Origin: Azolla caroliniana
Lineage: Eukaryota; Plantae; Polypodiophyta
DNA length: 64,000 bases
Direction of reading: 5' to 3'
Assembly (NCBI GenBank): GCA_043228905.1
Contig: JBHGNT010000003.1
Span: forward strand, 19,592,001 to 19,656,000
The notes under the pieces are model-generated. The model did not search any database. It worked only from the letters and a program-made list of their open reading frames with translations, and was not told the DNA's origin. Below, one piece after another: positions 1 through 13,805 of the stretch (its first letter is position 1; each line of letters begins with the position of its first letter). Both the position numbers and the translations under genes were made by a program.

Positions 1-106
1 ACCGGCAAGGGACCGGTTAGCACTCGAGGATCCGGCCAAAGACGGTGAAGAAACCGAACCGGCCGAAGAAGACGAAAATGATACCGGAACCGGCCCCGAT
101 CCCGAA

Positions 107-1802
107 ATGGATTCGGATGAAGAAGAATCGGAAGAACCGGTTACCGAAGCTCCGAAACGGAGATACCCTCAAAGAGAGAGAAGGGCCCCCCGGAGATTTC
201 CGGAACCAGAGCACGTGTTGCTAACCGACGAGGGGGAGCCGGAGAGCTTTGAAGAAGCAAAGCATGACACCCAGAGCCGCAGGTGGTTGAGTGCCATGCA
301 GGACGAGATGGATTCCCTGCATGAGAACCACACATATGAACTTGTGGAGTTGCCGAAAGGAAAGCGGGCACTTCGAAACAAGTGGGTGTTCAAGCTGAAA
401 CCGGGAGATGCCGGAAACCCCCCGAGATACAAAGCCAGGATCGTGGTGAAGGGGTTTCAGCAAAAGAAGGGCGTCGACTTCGACGAGATATTTGCCCCGG
501 TAGTGAAGATGACCTCCATCCGGACGGTGCTGAGCATAGCGGCAAGCATGGACCTCGAGGTAGAACAGATGGACGTGAAGACGGCATTCCTTCACGGTGA
601 CCTCGATGAAGAGATCTACATGCAGCAACCGGAAGGATTCGAGAAGAAAGGGAAGGAGCACCTGGTATGCCGGTTGAAGAAGAGCCTTTACGGACTGAAG
701 CAGGCTCCCCGGCAATGGTACCGGAAGTTCGACTCCTTCATGACCGACGAAGGGTACCTCAAAACGCAGTCCGACCACTGCGTGTTTGTGAAGAAGTTCG
801 AAGGAGGAGTATTAGAAGTTTGTGTACGTGGACGACATGTTGATCGTCGGACGGGACCAGGTCAAGATCCGGATGCTGAAGAAGGCTCTTCACCGAACCT
901 TCTCAATGAAGGACCTGGGTCCGGCGAGACAAATACTAGGGATGCACATCATCCGGGACCGGAAGAAGAAGCAGTTGTGGCTGTCACAGGAGAAGTACGT
1001 GACGAAGGTGCTTCACCGGTTCAACATGTCGGAAGCAAGACCGGTCGGATCGACCCTCCCGACAAACTGCAAGCTGTCCAGCAAGCAAAGTCCCAAGACA
1101 AAGGCTGAAAAGGAGGATATGATGAAAGTGCCGTATGCCTCAGCCGTCGGGAGCTTGATGTACGCCATGGTGTGTACGAGACCGGACATCGGATATGCAG
1201 TCGGAGTGGTGAGCCGGTACATGAGCAATCCCGGCAAAGAGCATTGGAACGCGGTCAAGTGGATACTCCGATACCTGAAGGGCACGGCAAACGTGTGCCT
1301 CCGATTCGGCTCCGGAAAGCCCAAACTCGATGGCTTTACCGATTCGGATATGTCGGCTGATGCAGATACCAGCCGGTCCACATCAGGGTATGTGATGACG
1401 TATGCAGGGGGAGCTGTTTCATGGCAGTCGAGGCTGCAGAAGACGGTTGCGCTGTCAACCACGGAGGCGGAGTACATGGCGGCTGTTGAAGCCGGCAAGG
1501 AAATAATATGGATGAAGGACTTCATTAGAGAGCTCGGTATCCGGCAGGAGGAGTACCGACTCTACTGCGACAGTCAGAGTGCAATCCACCTTGCAAAGAA
1601 CGCGGCCTATCACTCCCGGACGAAGCACATCCAGCGAAGATATCACTGGATCCGGGAAAGGATAGAAGACAAGGAGTTCGTGCTGACGAAGATCCACACG
1701 GACGAGAACGGGTCGGATATGCTGACCAAGGTGCTCACACCCGACAAGCTGGAAGCATGCCGGAAGAGGATCGGATTGGAGAGACATCCCATGCCGAAGT
1801 GA
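107..1802 (+). pseudogene. Copia pol RT-RNase H with one frameshift near 805-822
   Basis: Motifs KARIVVKG, QMDVKTAFLHG, SLYGLKQAPRQW, YVDDML, DSDMSAD, EAEYMA, SRTKHI split over ORFs 107-1108 and 822-1802. Confidence 0.95.
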
Positions 1803-1812
1803 AGGGGGAGTT

Positions 1813-2421
1813 TGTTGGGATTTCGGTCCCTTTCGGATGGGATGGTCGGATATCGGAGATGAATGCCGACAAGCCCGGTTTCGGTTTCGGATCCGGATGA
1901 CGAAGACCCCGGTTTCGGTACCGGATGACGAGTGTACCCGGAGAGCGATCCGGATGCAGGGACATATCCGTGAATATGTTCGCTATGGGCCCCTGAGGCT
2001 ACAGTTGTAAATAGCCCAAAGTCATATAAGTATAAATATGACTTAGGGCAAACAGTTTTTGAGTTGCTTCTCATTTTTCTGTTTTTCCACTCAAGAGGAG
2101 TGAAGAGGGAGCAGCCGTGAGACAGAGTGAGAGATAGAGCGCGAGAGAAGAAGAGGTAGACGCCTCTGTGTATTTCCGCCGCCTGTGGCGAGGACAGCGA
2201 GCTCAAGGTCGTCGCCTTGGAGCTCGTCATTGTATACTTCTCTTGTATAGTGTTGTTTGGAGTCTTGTACTCCCGTGGTTTTTCCCATCTAGGGTTTTCC
2301 ACGTTAATCCCTGTGTACTCGTGTGTTTCTCTCTTTTGGTTTCTATTTTCTGCTGCATTGATCCGCGATTAATCGGTTGTGGCCGAGTGGGGAAGGTGAA
2401 TCCAAGCGTTGATTCCCAACA
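1813..2421 (+). repeat. 3' LTR of the copia element (609 bp)
   Basis: Follows PPT; 8-bp terminal inverted repeat; TATA near 2031; similar to LTRs at 3283, 5411 and 29315. Confidence 0.93.
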
Positions 2422-3060
2422 GTTTTGGCTATTGGTTTCTCTCATTTGCACTTGTGAACCGGTTGTGGTCGGCCTCATTCATAAAAAACTAGTATCAAAG
2501 CAATGGATGAATATCTTGGCGGGATGTTCAAGTTAACCGGCTCCAACTACTCAGTCTGGAAGCCGAAGATGACAGATATGTTGGTTTGCAAAGATCTATG
2601 GCAATCGGTGCAATATGGCGACGAGAAACCAGACAAGATCGATGCATCGACATGGGAAGTCATGCATCTGAACACAACGGCATACATAAGGTGTTTTATA
2701 GACATGACTCTATATAAAATCTTCAATGAAGAGACAAAAGTCGATGTCTTGTGGAAGAAGATCGGGTTCATGTTCGAGAACAAGAATGTCGTAAATAGAG
2801 TCTCTGTCTTCAAGAAGACCGTGAGACTGAGATATCAAAATGGCTCAAGCATGGTTGAGCACCTAAATGCTTTCCAAGGACTGATAAAGCAAACCACCTC
2901 TCTAGAACTACCTTTGGCTAACGAGGTATTGGCACTACATCTGTTGGGATCCCTTCCGAACATCTAGGACACGCTCGTGGTGACTTTAGGGAATGTGGGA
3001 CCACAAGGGAAGCAGTTGTCTTTGGAGATGGTAAAGTCGAGCTTGCTGAATAGAAGCTCA
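2422..3060 (+). mobile_element. Older copia remnant: LTR end, degenerate tRNA-iMet PBS and truncated gag
   Basis: TAGTATCAAAGC at 2490-2501, then MDEYLGGMFKLTGSNYSVWK (2503-2967), homologous to gag at 7921-8334. Confidence 0.88.
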
Positions 3061-3124
3061 CCAGTAAATATGAAATAACTTATTGAATAAATATGAAAAA
3101 AGAAGAAGAAAATATTAAAATATT

Positions 3125-3190
3125 ATGCATAAGGAAATATTCGAACCTTGTATCTCTATGTTAATAATTTAAAGCCTTACCATTATACTA
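3125..3190 (-). other. Degenerate tRNA-like A/B-box cassette in a decayed LTR fragment
   Basis: TAGTATAATGG...GGTTCGAAT on minus strand; aligns nearly colinearly with 48433-48500. Confidence 0.6.
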
Positions 3191-5410
3191 GAACATCATT
3201 AGTATTAAAAAACTAGATATTCCATATCGAAAGCTTATTTCATACATATTTCCTAGGAAAAAGTTAGTTGGAAGAAAAAGCATGATAGAAATAGTGTTCC
3301 GCCACAACCGAGCTTCAAACACACGATGGAAGAAACAAACTAACAAGAACCAGGTAGATTTATACACTTACACCGAAGTGAAGCGACACTGGATCTTAAC
3401 GTGGAAAACCTCAAGAGGCAAAATCACGGGAGTTCTCTAACTCTGAACAGAATCACTATAAAGAGGAAGGGTACAAAGGGAGACTTAGAGGCAGTAACCT
3501 TGAGCTCTATCTTTGCCAACCGGCGGTTACAACAGAAAATACTTTCTGTTTCTCTCTCACTCACTCTGTGTACAACAATAACAACTACTTCCTCAACCAT
3601 TTGCCCGAGTTATATTTATACTCATATAACTTACGGGCTATTTACAAATGTGGCCTCAACGGCCCATAAGAAACATACTTACATATCTGTCTCTCTTGCA
3701 GTTCATAACAGATCCAACAAGACCCCTTCCAGGTTCATCCGATCTAGTTTTCGGATATCCTTCTGGGTACTCCGATCCGGCTCATTCTTCTTCGGCTTCT
3801 CCGATTCCCATCTAGAGAGACCAGCATCTCAACAATCTCCCCTTTCACTCTGGTATAGGGTCTTCGTTAGTCCGATTCGTCTCTGGCATGCGTTTAGCTT
3901 GTCGGCTAACAACACTTTGATCAACATAATATCTGATCCATTCTCCTCTATGTGTATCTTCACCAGGGTGAAATCTTGGTCTTCTACTCTCTCCCGAAGC
4001 CAATGGTATTTGCGTTGGATGTGCTTCATCCTGGAGTGGTAGGTCTCGTTCTTTGCAAGGTGGATGGCGCTTTGACTTTCGTAATAGAGCCGATATTCCT
4101 CTTATCAGATCCCCAGCTCTCCAATGAAATCCTTCATCCAGACTATTTCTTTGCCGGCTTCCAAGGCCACCATGTACTCCACTTCCGTTATCGACAGTGC
4201 AACGGACTTCTGCAACCTTGACTACCACGATACGACTCCCCCTGCAAATCTCATGACATATCTGGATGTAGATCGGTTGCTATCTACATCAGCCGACATG
4301 TTTGAATCGGTGAAGCCTTCCAGTTGGGGCTTACTTGAGCCAAATCGGAGGCACATATTCGAAGTGCCTTTCAAGTATTGGAGTATTCATTTGACGGTTG
4401 CCTAGTGGTCCTTTCCCGGATTGCTCATGAACTAGCTCACCATTCCGACTGCATATCCGATGTCTGGTCATGTACACACCATCGCGTACATTATCTTCAT
4501 CATTTCCAACTTCTCTGCCTTTGTCTTCGGGCTCTACTTTCTGGATAGCTTGCAATTCATTGGAAGTGTTGACTCGACCGGCTTGACATTCGACATGTTG
4601 AACCTTTGAAGTACCTTCCTCACGTACTTCTCCTGTGACAACCACATCTGTTTCTTCGACCGATCCCGGATTATATGCATTCCCAGGATCTGCCTCGCTG
4701 GACGCATATCTTTTGTTTAGAAGGTCCGGTTCAAAACCTTCTTTAGATTCCCAATTTTGATTCGGTCTGGTTCGACAATCAGCATGTCATCCACATACGG
4801 GTAGAGTATCAGGAAGTCACCTCCGTCAAATTTCTTCACGAACATGCAGTGGTCGGCCTGTGTCTTGTGGTATCCTTGGTCGGTCATGAAGGAGTCAAAC
4901 TTCTGATACCATTGCCGGGGAGCTTGCTTCTCTCCCTTAGATGGTATCTTCGTGCTTGGTTTTTGACCATCGGTTCCTCCATCTGTTCTTCATCTCAATC
5001 CGATTCGAGGTCTTCTCTAGTCTCGGTGTCTAATTCTTCTTCTTCTTCGGTTGGTTCGGTTCCTTGTCCGGAACCGGCTAGTTCATCGAGTGTCATCCGG
5101 CTTCCAGCCGGATGGGTCCTTATATCCTTCAACTGACCTCTATCATTCGACCTAGAATCCATTGTCTTCTTCTCCGACTCCCTAACGGCAATGGTCTTGT
5201 CTTCCATGAAGACTATGTCTCGACTCCGGAAGGCCTTCTTGTCGACCAAGTCCCACACTAGATAGCCAAACTCATTATCATTGTATCCAAGGAATATGCA
5301 TGACCAGGACTTTGGATCCAAATTTTCTCTCTTGTCCTTTGCTACATGTATGTAGGCAAGACAACCGAACACCTTCAAGTGACGGTAAGACACGTCTTTA
5401 CTGATCCATA

Positions 5411-6078
5411 TGTTGGGAGACAGGTCCCTCCGGATGAGAAGGGAGAAGAACAGTGCCGACGAACAAACGCGGCCGAGGCCGAAACGGTATGAACCGGATG
5501 GGGAGTACCCGACTGCGGAGAGCCGGATGGTGTAGGCCCGGTATGAACCGGATGGGGAGTACCCGACTGCGGAGAGCCGGATGGTGCAGGCCCGGTATGA
5601 ACCGGAGGAAGAGACATATTCGTAAATATGTTTCTGAGAGCCCATCGAGGCTACATTTGTAAATAGCCGAAAAGTCATATTAGTATAAATATGACTTAGG
5701 GCAAACTTTTAGGTGTGTCGTTTTTTGTTGTTGTTATTCTTCCTTGTTGGTGCAAGAAGAAGAGAGAGCGCGTAACTGTACAAAGAGAGAGAGAGAGAGA
5801 GACGAGGTCGTTGCCGCTGTTGTAACCACCGCCTGTGGCGAAGATCTGAGAGCACGAGGTCGTTGCCTCAGTGAACTCACTGTTGTATATTCCTACATAG
5901 TGACAGTTTGCAGCCTCTGGGCTGCCGTGGTTTTTCCCCTATTTTGGGGTTTTCCACGTAAACCTCCTGTGTACCATTTCTCTCCTTTGTGTCGCGTTTC
6001 ATTACCTGTTTTTCTGTGTATGAAAAGAATCTCGGTTGTGGCCGAGCGTCGGACATAAGGAGCGTCGAGTTCCCGTCA
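5411..6078 (+). mobile_element. Copia solo LTR with TSD CCATA
   Basis: TG...CA ends, CCATA on both sides, 54-bp tandem repeat (about 2.3 copies) in U3; same family as 29315-29915. Confidence 0.93.
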
Positions 6079-6239
6079 CCATACTCTCTGTGATGAGTCT
6101 CCGTCCAAGGGTGTTGAGGGTGATTTTTTAATCACATTGGTCGTCGTCATCAGCACCTCAGCCCAAAACATCTTAGATAACTTGGCATGTGCAAGCATGC
6201 TTTGAACTCTCTCCATTACGATCCGGTTCATTCTCTTGG

Positions 6240-6580
6240 TGTTACCCATAAGAATATACGGGGAGGCATAAGGGTAGGTGTAATGATGTGGTTGATGTGT
6301 ATGTGTAAAGTAAATGAGTGTGTGAGTATGTGTATGGACACATGCACAATTATGTGCATGTGTACAAGAATGCATAACGGTCTTATTTATAACGATCATG
6401 TAACCGATACATTGGATGTATTATATAGACCCCTTATGGGCATGTAATGATATATACATTTTTTCCCCTCTCATTTTGTGTCATTCTCTATTTTCTTTAC
6501 TTCTCTCTTTCCCTCACACATAACCCCCTTGGGAGGGGGGTGAAGCCATTTTCTAGGCTTCACCCCCCACCCCAACAACA
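6240..6580 (+). mobile_element. Solo LTR (341 bp) with TSD CTTGG
   Basis: TGTTAC...ACAACA flanked by CTTGG; interrupts integrase; its 3' half is similar to 13702-13866. Confidence 0.9.
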
Positions 6581-8755
6581 CTTGGCCAGTTCGTTAAGCT
6601 CCGGTGTCTTCGGCATGGTAAATTCGAGCCGGATTCCTTTCAACTAGCAGTACTCCTCAAACTACCCTTGGTATTCACCATCATTGTCCGCTTGAACTGT
6701 CTTCAGCTTCCAGCCGGTTTCTCTTTCCACTCTTGCATGGAACTCCTTGAAAACAGTTAGCACCTAATCCTTCTTCTTCGGCGGTGACACCCACAGCTTT
6801 CGGTTGTGGTCATATATGCACGTCACGAAGTACTATGACTCGGCATGGGACTTCATGTCCACTTGGCATACATTGCTATGCACAAGGTCCAACGGTACTT
6901 TCCGTCTTGTCAGTGGTCTCGACCAAAAAGAGGTTCGGTTCTCCTTGTTGGCCATATAGTCGGTGCACCTCTCAAGCTGCATGTCTTTTTCACCTCCGGA
7001 ATGAGGTTATCCTCGGCAAGTTTACGCATCCCTTTCTGGCTCACCGGCAATGTCCGTTGCCACAATTACTTTCTCTCGTCAAATCCGAGCATGCGTCAGG
7101 TACAAGGTGTTGATCTTCTGGACTCGGTCCACGATCAGGCTCCCTTTCTTGAACTTTATTACTCCATTTTGTATGCTACCGGTGTAGCCTTCATCATCTA
7201 GCTGACCGGTTGATATCAATTTCAGTCGAACCTCCTGAACGTGTCAAACATCTTTCAGCAGCAACTTGCACCCGGTTGACGTCATCAGCCACACATCTCC
7301 TATGCCAACAATTCTCCATCCCCCTTCATTCCCCATCCTCACACAGCCGTGATCTCCGGCTTTGTAGGATGCGAAGCTCTTCCAGTAGGGGGTCAGATGG
7401 AACAATGCTCCAGAGTCAACCACCCATGTCGTTTTGTCGCTGACAAGATGTAGCTCGCTCTCCTCGGTGATAAGTAGCAATTCTTCATCACTTGTCACGA
7501 TTGCCAATGTTCCTTTCCAATCCGAACTCTTCCGGTCCAGAACCTTCTTCGAGTTGGCATTGTCAGCTTCCCCTTTCTCCTTCCGGAGGTGTCGGCAATT
7601 CTTTTGGAAGTGTCCGAGCTTCCCACAATAGAAGCACATAGGCCTCCCCCTTGACTTCGACCTTGTTCCCAATTTGTCCAAGTGTTAGGGACTCCGATTC
7701 CGTCCTCTTCCTCGTTGTGTGTCAGTTTCGGTAGCCAGGGCTTTTGGGTCGGGGATCACTTCCTTGTATTTTGGATGAGCCTCTTCGTCCAACAAGCTAG
7801 ATTTTACCCTTGCTAGGGATAGGTGTTTCCCTTTCGGCCCAGCGTTGCCCAATTTGACAACTAATGTCTCCCAATTATCCAAGAGGAAACCGAGTAGCTA
7901 CAACGGGAGTACCTCATCAGCTAGAGGTATTCCAACAAGGTTGTTTGATTTATAAGACCCTGGAAGGCATTCATGTGATCTACCATGCTGGAACCATCTT
8001 GATATCTGAGTCTCACTAACTTCCGGAATACTAAGACTCGATTTACGGCATTCTTGTTTTGAAACATGATGCCTATCTTCTCCCATAGTTCATGAGCCTT
8101 ACTCTCCTCATTGAAGTTGTTGTACATGCTCATGTCGATGAAGCATTGGATGTAGACTGTTGTCGTCATGTGCATTACCTCCCAAGTCAGAACATCTACC
8201 TTGTCTGGCCTTGCATCTTCGAACTGTACCAGCAGCAAGAGATCTTTGACCACCAACATGTCCCTCATCTTCGACTTCCACACTGAGTAGTTGGAGCTAG
8301 TGAGCTTGAACATGCCACCGAATGAATCTTCCATCTTCTTTCTTTGAACCTCGCTCTGATACTAGTTTGATGGAAATAGCGCTTGGCCACAACCTAGATT
8401 CGGCAAGATTCAAACACACGATGGAAGAAACAAAAAAACAAGCACCAAGTATATTTATACACTTGCACCGAAATGAAGCGATGCAGGATCTTAACGTGCA
8501 AAACCTCAAGAGGCAAAACCACGGGAGTTTTCTAACTCCAAACAGAATCACTATAAAGAGGAAGGGTACCACGGGAGACTCAAAGGCGGCAACCTTGAGC
8601 TTTTTCTTCGCCAATCAGTGGTTACAACAGAAAATACTTTTTGTTTCTCTCTCACTCTCTCTATTTTGTTGGCCAGTTACCTTGGACAGATGTTGATGGT
8701 GGACAGATGTTGATGATGGACAAATGTTAATGATGGATCTTGCATTTACTTGTAG

Positions 8756-9420
8756 TATTAGATTGGATATTGAGGGGGATTGGCTTAGCTTGAGGAAGCC
8801 ATTTGTATAGTTGAACAACATAATAATATTTTTTGTTGGAGAAGGAGGTGATAGGGGAGGAGGAAGCACTGTATTTATTAATATTAGATTGGACATTGGG
8901 GGGGTTTAAGGATTGGCTTAGCTTGGGGAAGTCATCCGTAGACTTGAACAACATAATAATAATTTTTGGTTGGAGAAGGATGTGATAAGGGGAGGATGAA
9001 GCATTGTATTTAATACTATTAGATTGGAGTCTGGACATTGACGAGGTTTAAGGATTGACTTTGCTTGGGGAAGTCATCCATATATACGAAAAGCATAATA
9101 ATGCTCTTTTTGTTGAAGAGGGATGAGGTTATGGGAGGAGGAAGCATTTCTATGGAGTAACAAGGAGGTTTATTTTATATTTTTTATTATTATAACTTAC
9201 TTTGTATTGGTTGACAGATTTTCTTGTGTAGTTGATGGATGGTGGTGGATGAAGCATGTACTAGAATTATTACACTGGATATTGAGGGGTTTAAAGGATT
9301 GACTTTGCTTGGGGAAGTCATCCGTAGACTTGAACAGCATATAATAATTTTTTGTTGGAGAAGGATGGTAATAGGGGAGGAAGCATTTCTATGGAGTGAC
9401 AGGGATGTTGGATACATTAG
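8756..9420. repeat. Degenerate tandem repeat, about 125-135 bp unit, 4-5 copies
   Basis: Recurring TTAGATTGGA...GCTTGGGGAAGTCATCC...TTTTTGTTGGAGAAGG...GGAGGAAGCA. Confidence 0.8.
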
Positions 9421-9849
9421 TTATTCATCCAATCTTATATTCAAGTGACATGGCATGATGGATGCGAAGGATGAGGGAATAAGAACATTAAGGTTGTTTG
9501 GTTTGGCTTTGCTTGGGGAAGCCATCCTTATGGGAAAATCTTTTTAGAGATGGATGATGTTAAAGGATGATGTTAACGGATGATGAAGCAGTTCTAGGGA
9601 GTGACCGGGAGGCTATATTATGTTTCATTTATTTTTCAAATTTAGGGAGTGGTTTTCTCATTTTTCTAGGGAGGATGAGTGGAGACAAACTGTCAAAAGG
9701 TGTTCTATTAGGATATATACATTTGGTAGCAGGTCTTATGTGTTATTGACTATGACCATGTTGAAGAAGGATTGTCTCTTAGGATGCAACTACTTTGTGT
9801 ATGTTGAATGTGGAAAATAGAGGAGGATTGATCATTGTTCTTCAAATCT

Positions 9850-11697
9850 TGCATTCAAGATGTGGTTTTCAGGATCTAAGATGATTTAAGGCTTTAAAAG
9901 ACATTGCTATCGTTCATGAGTGATTCAGTTTGTTTCGAAAAATGATTTTGGATGGATTCAAACTGGACAAAGTCACACGTATATGCATCCGCAACTCATA
10001 CACTGATGATGGTTCTGTATATTGTGGAAGGCTTGTTCATTTGTATATCCTAAAAGATAGACTTTGAAGGGATAAGTATATTGGAACAGCCTTGATAAAT
10101 ATGTTCATTAAATGTGGGTATATTGGAGGTATGTATATGGGGCAAGGGGTACATTATCAAATTGTTAAATTAGGATTCGGAAAGAGACTCTTGTTGGAAA
10201 TATTGTAGTTGATATGTATGCAAATTTTGATTTGAGTGTTAAAGCAGAAGATGGGTGCTTTGATGCACAAGAAAAAATTTATTCATTTCCAAATCGAGAT
10301 TAGTTACATAGTCTTGGAACACACTGCTTTTAGGATATGTTGAGTCTAGGCCAAGGACAAATTACTACATTGTTTTATACAAACCCAATTAGATGGTTTA
10401 TTTCCTGAGTAGACAACACTTATCTCAGGATATGTTGGGCAGGACTACTAGCTAGAATAGTATCTTGTACTGCATTGATTTGTGAATATGTTGAGTATGG
10501 TTATGTTGAAGAGCTTTTGTATATGTTGAAGCAAGAAAGCTCTAAGCTATTTTGAAAATATGTAGAATTGTGAGGGTCCCCCAATGCTAGCACATTTTCT
10601 TGTATGCTAAAAGTTTGTAGCATGCTTCGATCTATAAAAAAGGGGAGAGAGATACATGTTGACATGTTAGAAGAGCGTAACTTATTGGAAAGAGGTACAA
10701 TTCTTGGTAGTGCATTACTTTATATGTATTCTAAATGTGGTTTATTTGGTGAGGCATAAGATTTTATTTTTTATTTTTTATTTTTTATTTTTTATTTTTT
10801 ATTTTTTATTTTTTATTTTTTATTTTTTATTTTTTATTTTTGTGACATTGTATCTGTGGAATGTTTTGATCGTTGGATATGTTCAACGAGGGGAAGGAAG
10901 CAAAGCTAAAACTTATTTCAAGAGGATGCAGTGTGATCACTTCTTGCCAAATACAATCACCTCCATTTGCATATTGAAGGCTTGTTCAAGCACATGGGAT
11001 TTACATAGAGGAAAAACATAGAAAGTGCTCAAGGGGCTTCTAGTTCGGGTTGTGGCTTCTTGGAATGCACTAATTTCAAGATATTACCAGCATAGATTTG
11101 GCCAGGCAACATGGAATCTTTTTGAACAAAGGCAAAATGATGGTCTTTCTCTGGATGCAATCCCCTTTGTAGGTTTGCTAAAGGCATGTGGCAGTGTAGG
11201 AGTGGTTGATAGGCATAGAAAGTCACAATGAAATCATGAGTAAGAGGCTCTTAGAAGACAATATTGAGCTTGGGAATGCTTTGGTGGACATGTATGCTAT
11301 ATGTGGGAAGCTTGAAAAAGCACAAAAAATAGTCAATGATCTTTCAGTTTGAGATGTGGTCTCTTGGAATGCTTTGATATTAGGATATGCTAAAAATGGT
11401 CATGTTGAAACAGCACTAGATTCTTTAAAGAAAATGTAACTTGAGGGTCAAATCTTGCCGGATATGGTCACGTTTTTGTGTGTATTGAATGCATGTAGTC
11501 ATTCAGGCTATGTGAACGAGGGTAAATATCATTTTGACGATATGAAGAAAAGGTATGGGATCACACCCGACATTCAACACTACACATGTAGGGTTAATCT
11601 TTTCTGTTGGATAGGACACTTTGATGAGGCGATGGCATTGTCTAAAGAGATGCCAACTCCTGACTATCCATTCGAGTGGGCTAAACAATGGATGTGA
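9850..11697 (+). pseudogene. PLS-class pentatricopeptide repeat pseudogene
   Basis: Broken PPR motifs (GNALVDMYA.CG.LEKA, VVSWNALI.GYA, VTFLCVLNACSHSG...ITPDIQHYTC) with many stops, frameshifts and a (TTTTTAT)n expansion at 10760-10840. Confidence 0.88.
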
Positions 11698-11729
11698 AAC
11701 CTATGAGTCGTTGGCCAAACAATTGTTTA

Positions 11730-12665
11730 ATGCATTCCGAGATTATTTAAAGCATTCATTTTGGATTATTCAAGCCCTTCAAATCAACATTCACAATCAT
11801 TACAATGTTGTTAATGCTTGCATTTGCTGAACAATAATTGAGGCCCGAGAGCTTCTTCATGAATTATCGTTGATTGAAGATGTGGTACAAGGGACTGCCA
11901 TGTTATTGGGCTATACTAAGCATGATAAGAACAAGGATGCTATACAATTTTATCCTCAAATGCTTGTCCAAGGCTTCCTCTTACCTAATATGATGACATT
12001 TTCTGGTGTGTTGAAAACATGTGGCAACATCGGAGAATTGATTGTACATACTAAAATGAAATTAGATATTGTGATGGATGGAGGAGTTGTGGGATAGATT
12101 GACTACAATATGTTGAAAGCATGTGGCAACATCGAAGAATTGATTGTACATACTAAAATGAAATTAGATTTTGTGATGGATGGAATTGTGGGATAAATTG
12201 ACTTCAATAGTTGCACAATCTCTACGGAAAGCATAGCATTGTAGCTGATGTGCTAATGCATTCCGAGATTATTTAAGCATTCATTTTGGATTATTCAAGC
12301 CCTTTAAATCGATATCAACTGTCACTATGCTTGCATTTGCTAAGCAATAATTGAAGCCCAAGAGCTTTTTGATGAATTATTGCTAGTTGGAGATGTGGTA
12401 CAAGGGACTACCATGTTATTGGGCTATTTTGAGCAAGATAAGAATGAGGATGTTATACAATTCTATCCTCAAATACTTGTCCAAGGCTTCCTCTTACCTA
12501 ATATGGTAACATTTTCTAGTATGTTGAAAGCATGTGGCAACAAGGGAGAATTGGTTGTACATACTAAAATGAAATTAGATTTTGTGATGGATGGAGGAGT
12601 TGCGGTATAGATTAGCTTCATTAGTTGCACAATCTCTACGGAAAGCATAGTGTTGTAGCTTATGT
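11730..12665 (+). pseudogene. Tandemly duplicated PPR fragments
   Basis: 11730-12110 repeated at 12255-12665, partial third copy at 12110-12255; DVVQGTAMLLGY...PNMMTFSGVLKTCG. Confidence 0.75.
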
Positions 12666-13757
12666 GCCTTTTTAAAACTAATGGAAGGATATTTTACTTA
12701 TTTATTTTTCAAACTATAGGCCATGAACCGATGTATGGTGGGAAGGGAGGGGTCATGTGGTGGATCTAGAAGGCAAAAGACAATGTGCACATGTAATTGG
12801 GCAAACTTGATGGGTGTGTCGTATAACTAGGTAGGAATTGCAATCAACCTAGATAAAGAATGACCTCATCATGACAACTCCTCCACACAAGCCATCTTTT
12901 GATGTGCAAGCACATCACATAGCAAACATTTCCTTCTATTTCAATTGTGTGAAAATCCTATCAAGTTCTCCAAATTTTTGTGAAGCCAAAATTTGTTTTC
13001 ATATGCTATTTGTGGGAATAGACTTGTAAGGGTATAATATGAAGTCATGTGCGATTGGAGATTATTAATCATGTGGTTAACATGAAGCACGTGTCCTTGA
13101 TCGAAGATAAAGAAAGAGTAGTATCTTAACTATTCTTTTATAAATGAGTGCATTACTAGCAGTGGGCCCGGTTTGGTTTCGGTTTAGTTCGGTTTCTTGG
13201 CCTTGAAACCAAACCAAACCATTTATTTATAATAAAAATCGAACCAAACTGTTTAAAATTTATGAAGCCATTTGTTACCCAGCCAACAAAGGAGTTAAAG
13301 ACCAGAATGTGAAAGGGATTGTATATTCGGAATCTATTATAATTAGATGTTTATGAGACGTGAACGGACGGACCGGAATCGGTATGCCGATCCGGATCCG
13401 GACCAGTTCCGAACAAGTGCCAGTTGGCATTGTTTTGTACTCAGCACCAGTGACCTATATAAAGGCCCGGTTACAATGTAAAATTTTGACGGATAATTAA
13501 TAGAGCTTCTTGTTTTATCTTTAAGTGTTGATTACCATTCTGTGTTAATTGTTCTATCATACGCGTGTATCAAGTCTAATGCCATATTGCTAAGTAACCA
13601 ACTAAAGTCTGATTAATCGTTGACTCTTAAGTTATCTCGCCGTAGCACCCCTTTGGTGAAGTGTCTTCCGTAGACACCCTGTGTTAGGCCATTGTCCGGC
13701 CCCCTTTTGTACCTATTTAACCCCTTATGGGGAATGAATGAATACAACAATAACCAT

Positions 13758-13805
<48 letters not shown>

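Larger units (their letters stand above)
1..2421 (+). mobile_element. Ty1/copia LTR retrotransposon, 3' part (5' end outside window)
   Basis: RT then RNase H, PPT GAAGGGGGAG at 1801-1810, 3' LTR TGTTGGGA...TCCCAACA. Confidence 0.97.
3283..8663 (-). mobile_element. Degenerate Ty1/copia element carrying two nested solo LTRs
   Basis: 3' LTR 3283-3834, PPT 3836-3846, RNase H/RT 3845-4930 with internal RT deletion, integrase, GAG-pre-integrase, protease (VVDSGA), CCHC, gag to 8334, PBS 8353-8364, truncated 5' LTR 8368-8663. Confidence 0.93.

Noticed and set aside
3401-4042. 213-aa ORF and similar antisense ORFs over LTR/pol
   Set aside because: Shadow frames of retrotransposon sequence with no motifs
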